A DNA stretch of 64,000 nt. It comes from Negativicutes bacterium. Lineage in GTDB: Bacteria > Bacillota > Negativicutes > UBA1444. Below the pieces are notes generated by a model. The model searched no databases. It had not been told where the DNA came from and was given only the letters and a program-made list of their open reading frames with translations. Positions 61,394 to 64,000 of this stretch are shown here, one piece after another (positions within the stretch are counted from its first letter, which is position 1; each line of letters begins with the position of its first letter). Position numbers and translations under genes: made by a program. The stretch lies in NCBI GenBank assembly GCA_963665275.2, contig CAXXIN010000019.1:96001-160000 (forward strand), read 5' to 3'.

Positions 61394-62159
61394 GTTTCCA
61401 TACTCCCTTACCGAAATCCCGGCATCAGTACAGGCACGCCTGATGTCAGAGATCGAATGCTTATCATAATGCAGAACATGCGCCATCGCCACCGCATCTG
61501 CCCGGCCCTCCAGAACAGCTGCAACCAAATGTTCCGGCCGTCCCCATGCCGCCGCTGGCAATCACCGGGATCGGGACTCTTCCGACGATGCTTCGAATCA
61601 GCTCGCAGTCAAATCCTTTCGCGGTTCCTTCCTGATCGACCGAGGTAAGCAATATCTCCCCTGCTCCGAGCTCGTATCCGCGGCAGGCCCATTCAACAGC
61701 ATCCTGTCCCGTTTTTTCCCGTCCGTTGTCGCAATAAGCTTCCCACCGGGACTCCCCGACCTTTTTGGCTTCAATGGACAGCACCATGCACTGGGAGCCG
61801 AACTTTTGGGATATCTCCCGCACCAATGCAGGACGTTTGATAGCTGCTGTGTTAATTGCAATCTTATCGGCGCCGGCCCGTAGAACTTCACGCGTATCCT
61901 CAATTGATCGAATCCCGCCGCCGACAGTAATCGGGATGAACACTTCCTCCGTCGCCCTGCGGACGATTTCCAAAAGACTGTTCCGCCCATACAGGCTTGC
62001 GACACTATCCATGTAGATGATTTCGTCAATTCCCTCTTCGTAATATTTCCTGGCCAGCTCATTGGGGTCGCCAACCTTGCGCAATCCCTCCAGATGAACG
62101 CCCTTGATTACGCTAGATCCTTTAACATCCAGTCGTGCGATAAGTCGGACATTTTCCAT
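61390..62159 (-). CDS. HisF-like cyclase subunit (HisF2/WbuZ-type; apparent indel near 61545)
   Basis: RLIARLDVK...IKG..LEGLR, DE....D.VASLYGR, GGGIR, GAGEILLTSVDQEG, ASGG. Confidence 0.85.
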
Positions 62160-63121
62160 CAAAGCGCCTTCTTTTTGCCGACAAACAAAAATTCAGTCGG
62201 CTGAAGCATTCCGAGTTTGCAAAGTTTTCCATCTGTATCCCGAAGATAACGGGCCAACAAATTGTTGGTAGCCTGGCCAAAGCGCAACCCGCCGATCATT
62301 TCATGGAAAAAGGCATACCGTTCCTGGTATTCCAGCTCACTAAACGATTCCAGGAGCGCTGCATACATTTCCTTGTGCCCCGCGTCGTTATCATGCGCAG
62401 ACTGCACATTTTCTCCGCTCTCGTCTTCATATTTCATCTCGCGATATATTTGGGAAATTTCCTTTTCATGTACGGTAATATCTGCTGGAATCGGAGTTTC
62501 CTGATAATATCCCTTTCCGGCGGATAGAATTACCCGCAAAAGATGGATAAAAGTCGCATTTCCTTCGGTCATGCGATCGCGGGTCGGTTCGTGGGCCACG
62601 ACAATGCCCTCGGATCCCAACACCCGTTCCACTTCTGCCATCACTTTTCGCTGGTCGGCAAAATGGTGCAACGACCCCAGAAAAACAACAGCATCAAAAC
62701 TGCCGTCCGCAAAACCCGATTGAAAAAAATCACCGGCTATATATTCCAAAGCTCCCCGGCTTTCCAGCCATGGATCGCTTTGAGCCTGTTTCATTGCCAC
62801 ATTGATGCAATCCGAAGAAAGATCCAGTCCGGTCACTCGATAACCAAGCCGGGCCAACTCCAAAGAAAGCCAGCCGGGACCGCATCCCACTTCCAGCACG
62901 CGCAACGGTTTCGCCTGCAGACACTGCCGGCGTCGAAGCACAGAACCAATCAAATCGAGTTGTTCCCCCATATCGATTTTCACGTATTCCGGATGGCGCC
63001 AGGAGTTGTTATAAAAATATTCACAGGGCTGTGTAAGACGGATATCCGGAATATGACCCTGTCGTATCCGTTCTGCAATCTGGCTATCGAATGCTTGCGC
63101 TTCCCGATCCAGCTCTTCCAT
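62159..63121 (-). CDS. Class I SAM-dependent methyltransferase
   Basis: VLEVGCGPG motif I, GLDLS, FDAV....SLHH, EP. Confidence 0.88.
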   Translation of the reverse strand: MEELDREAQAFDSQIAERIRQGHIPDIRLTQPCEYFYNNSWRHPEYVKIDMGEQLDLIGSVLRRRQCLQAKPLRVLEVGCGPGWLSLELARLGYRVTGLDLSSDCINVAMKQAQSDPWLESRGALEYIAGDFFQSGFADGSFDAVVFLGSLHHFADQRKVMAEVERVLGSEGIVVAHEPTRDRMTEGNATFIHLLRVILSAGKGYYQETPIPADITVHEKEISQIYREMKYEDESGENVQSAHDNDAGHKEMYAALLESFSELEYQERYAFFHEMIGGLRFGQATNNLLARYLRDTDGKLCKLGMLQPTEFLFVGKKKAL

Positions 63122-63143
63122 GCCAACCCTCCTTTTGAATCTA

Positions 63144-63830
63144 TCAGTTGCGTCTATCCAGAAGGATGCCCGCCATGGACAAATCGGATTCGTCATCAAT
63201 ATCGATGCTGCTCTCCCGATTCATGATGTACGGATGAACCGGCGGCACAAAAAAAGCACCTTCTTTTAAAAACGCCGCGCTGGGCAACAGATAAATCGCG
63301 CCATTGGGCCGGTACATCCGCGGCAGTGTTTGTCGCGGCGCCTCCAGCGTCTCATAGTCAATCACCGGCATCCATTCATCCCCGCTTACCTTGAAACATT
63401 TATAAGGGTGATGCTCCATTTCCGTCATACTGACCGCAGACGTTTTTCCTGAAGCAAAAAACTGTTCGATCGCTTCCGTCAGATGACGGGCCGTCCGCAA
63501 CGGCGAAGTCGGTTGCAGCAAAACAAAATACTCCGGCAATCTCTGCTGGCTTTCGAGTTCTCCGAGCACTTGCCGAACGACATCCCTGCTGAGTGAAGTA
63601 TCTGTTGCCAGTGATGCGGGACGGTCCACGACCTCGGCGCCCCACTGGAGGCTCACGGTTTTAATCTCCGGATCTTCCGTGCTCACGATGCAGCGTTCAA
63701 TCAACGCGCACTCCAGCGCAGCCAAAATACTATGGGCAATCAGCGGTTTGCCGCACAATTGCCTGATGTTTTTTCGGGGCAACCCTTTGGATCCACCTCT
63801 GGCAGTGATGATCGCAACAACGGGTTTCAC
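63144..63830 (-). CDS. neuA: CMP-nonulosonic acid synthetase (NeuA family)
   Basis: ARGGSKGLPRKN....GKPLI, STED, LQPTSPLR, NGAIY, DIDD..D; GTG start overlaps the upstream stop. Confidence 0.92.
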   Translation of the reverse strand: MKPVVAIITARGGSKGLPRKNIRQLCGKPLIAHSILAALECALIERCIVSTEDPEIKTVSLQWGAEVVDRPASLATDTSLSRDVVRQVLGELESQQRLPEYFVLLQPTSPLRTARHLTEAIEQFFASGKTSAVSMTEMEHHPYKCFKVSGDEWMPVIDYETLEAPRQTLPRMYRPNGAIYLLPSAAFLKEGAFFVPPVHPYIMNRESSIDIDDESDLSMAGILLDRRN

Positions 63831-64000
63831 TTTCCCGGTTTCGATGGAAGATCGCAAAACTGCTTCTGTTGTGTCGTTTTCCATAGTTCTTCCGTCCTCA
63901 GTGCTTCCAGAAATTGTTGAGCACTCTCTCCCTGCCCAAAGTGCAGGTTGCCGTATTCGGGTTCCATTGCGCGCGCCGCATCGATCGCACGACGAATCGC
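63827..64000 (-). CDS. C-terminus of a UDP-GlcNAc 2-epimerase (hydrolysing, NeuC-like), partial
   Basis: Manual translation ...LHFGQGESAQQFLEALRTEELWKTTQQKQFCDL...; lies directly before neuA. Confidence 0.65.
   Translation of the reverse strand, partial: AIRRAIDAARAMEPEYGNLHFGQGESAQQFLEALRTEELWKTTQQKQFCDLPSKPGK

Noticed and set aside
60986-61561. Apparent HisF-HisH fusion, and HisH-YjfB fusion at 60481-61110
   Set aside because: Removing one A gives a normal ATGA stop/start overlap and a TAG at 60741; the region is rich in +1 indels.

Overview
A 64-kb chromosomal window, almost entirely minus-strand, from a Bacillota genome. Gene content and GC of roughly 55% (estimated by eye) suggest a motile anaerobic Negativicutes (inference). 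The backbone is housekeeping: guaA (partial), groESL with CIRCE, tsaDBE/rimI, alr, nnr, acpS, uvrABC, minJ-like/ctp/envC-like/ftsEX, csaB, prfB (programmed +1 frameshift), secA, hpf, and the edge of a flagellar and glycosylation locus. Accessory or hidden elements are: (1) an ArsS radical-SAM/two-glycosyltransferase cluster with no arsM; (2) an orphan EutW/EutV-type ANTAR two-component pair behind a DnaA-box cluster; (3) a cassette between uvrB and uvrA made of a MalT-like STAND-LuxR regulator, a DUF2442-like gene and a small secreted protein, where the two flanking genes share a 19-bp motif placed exactly 21 bp before their -10 boxes, which is my best candidate for an undescribed system; (4) a minimal SmsCB Fe-S system and a 119-bp hairpin element between secA and prfB; (5) a full raiA-motif ncRNA upstream of zinc-ribbon, csp and hpf genes. 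About ten single-base insertions after 54.8 kb look like long-read consensus errors, not pseudogenes. Family assignments come from motif recognition, not database searches.
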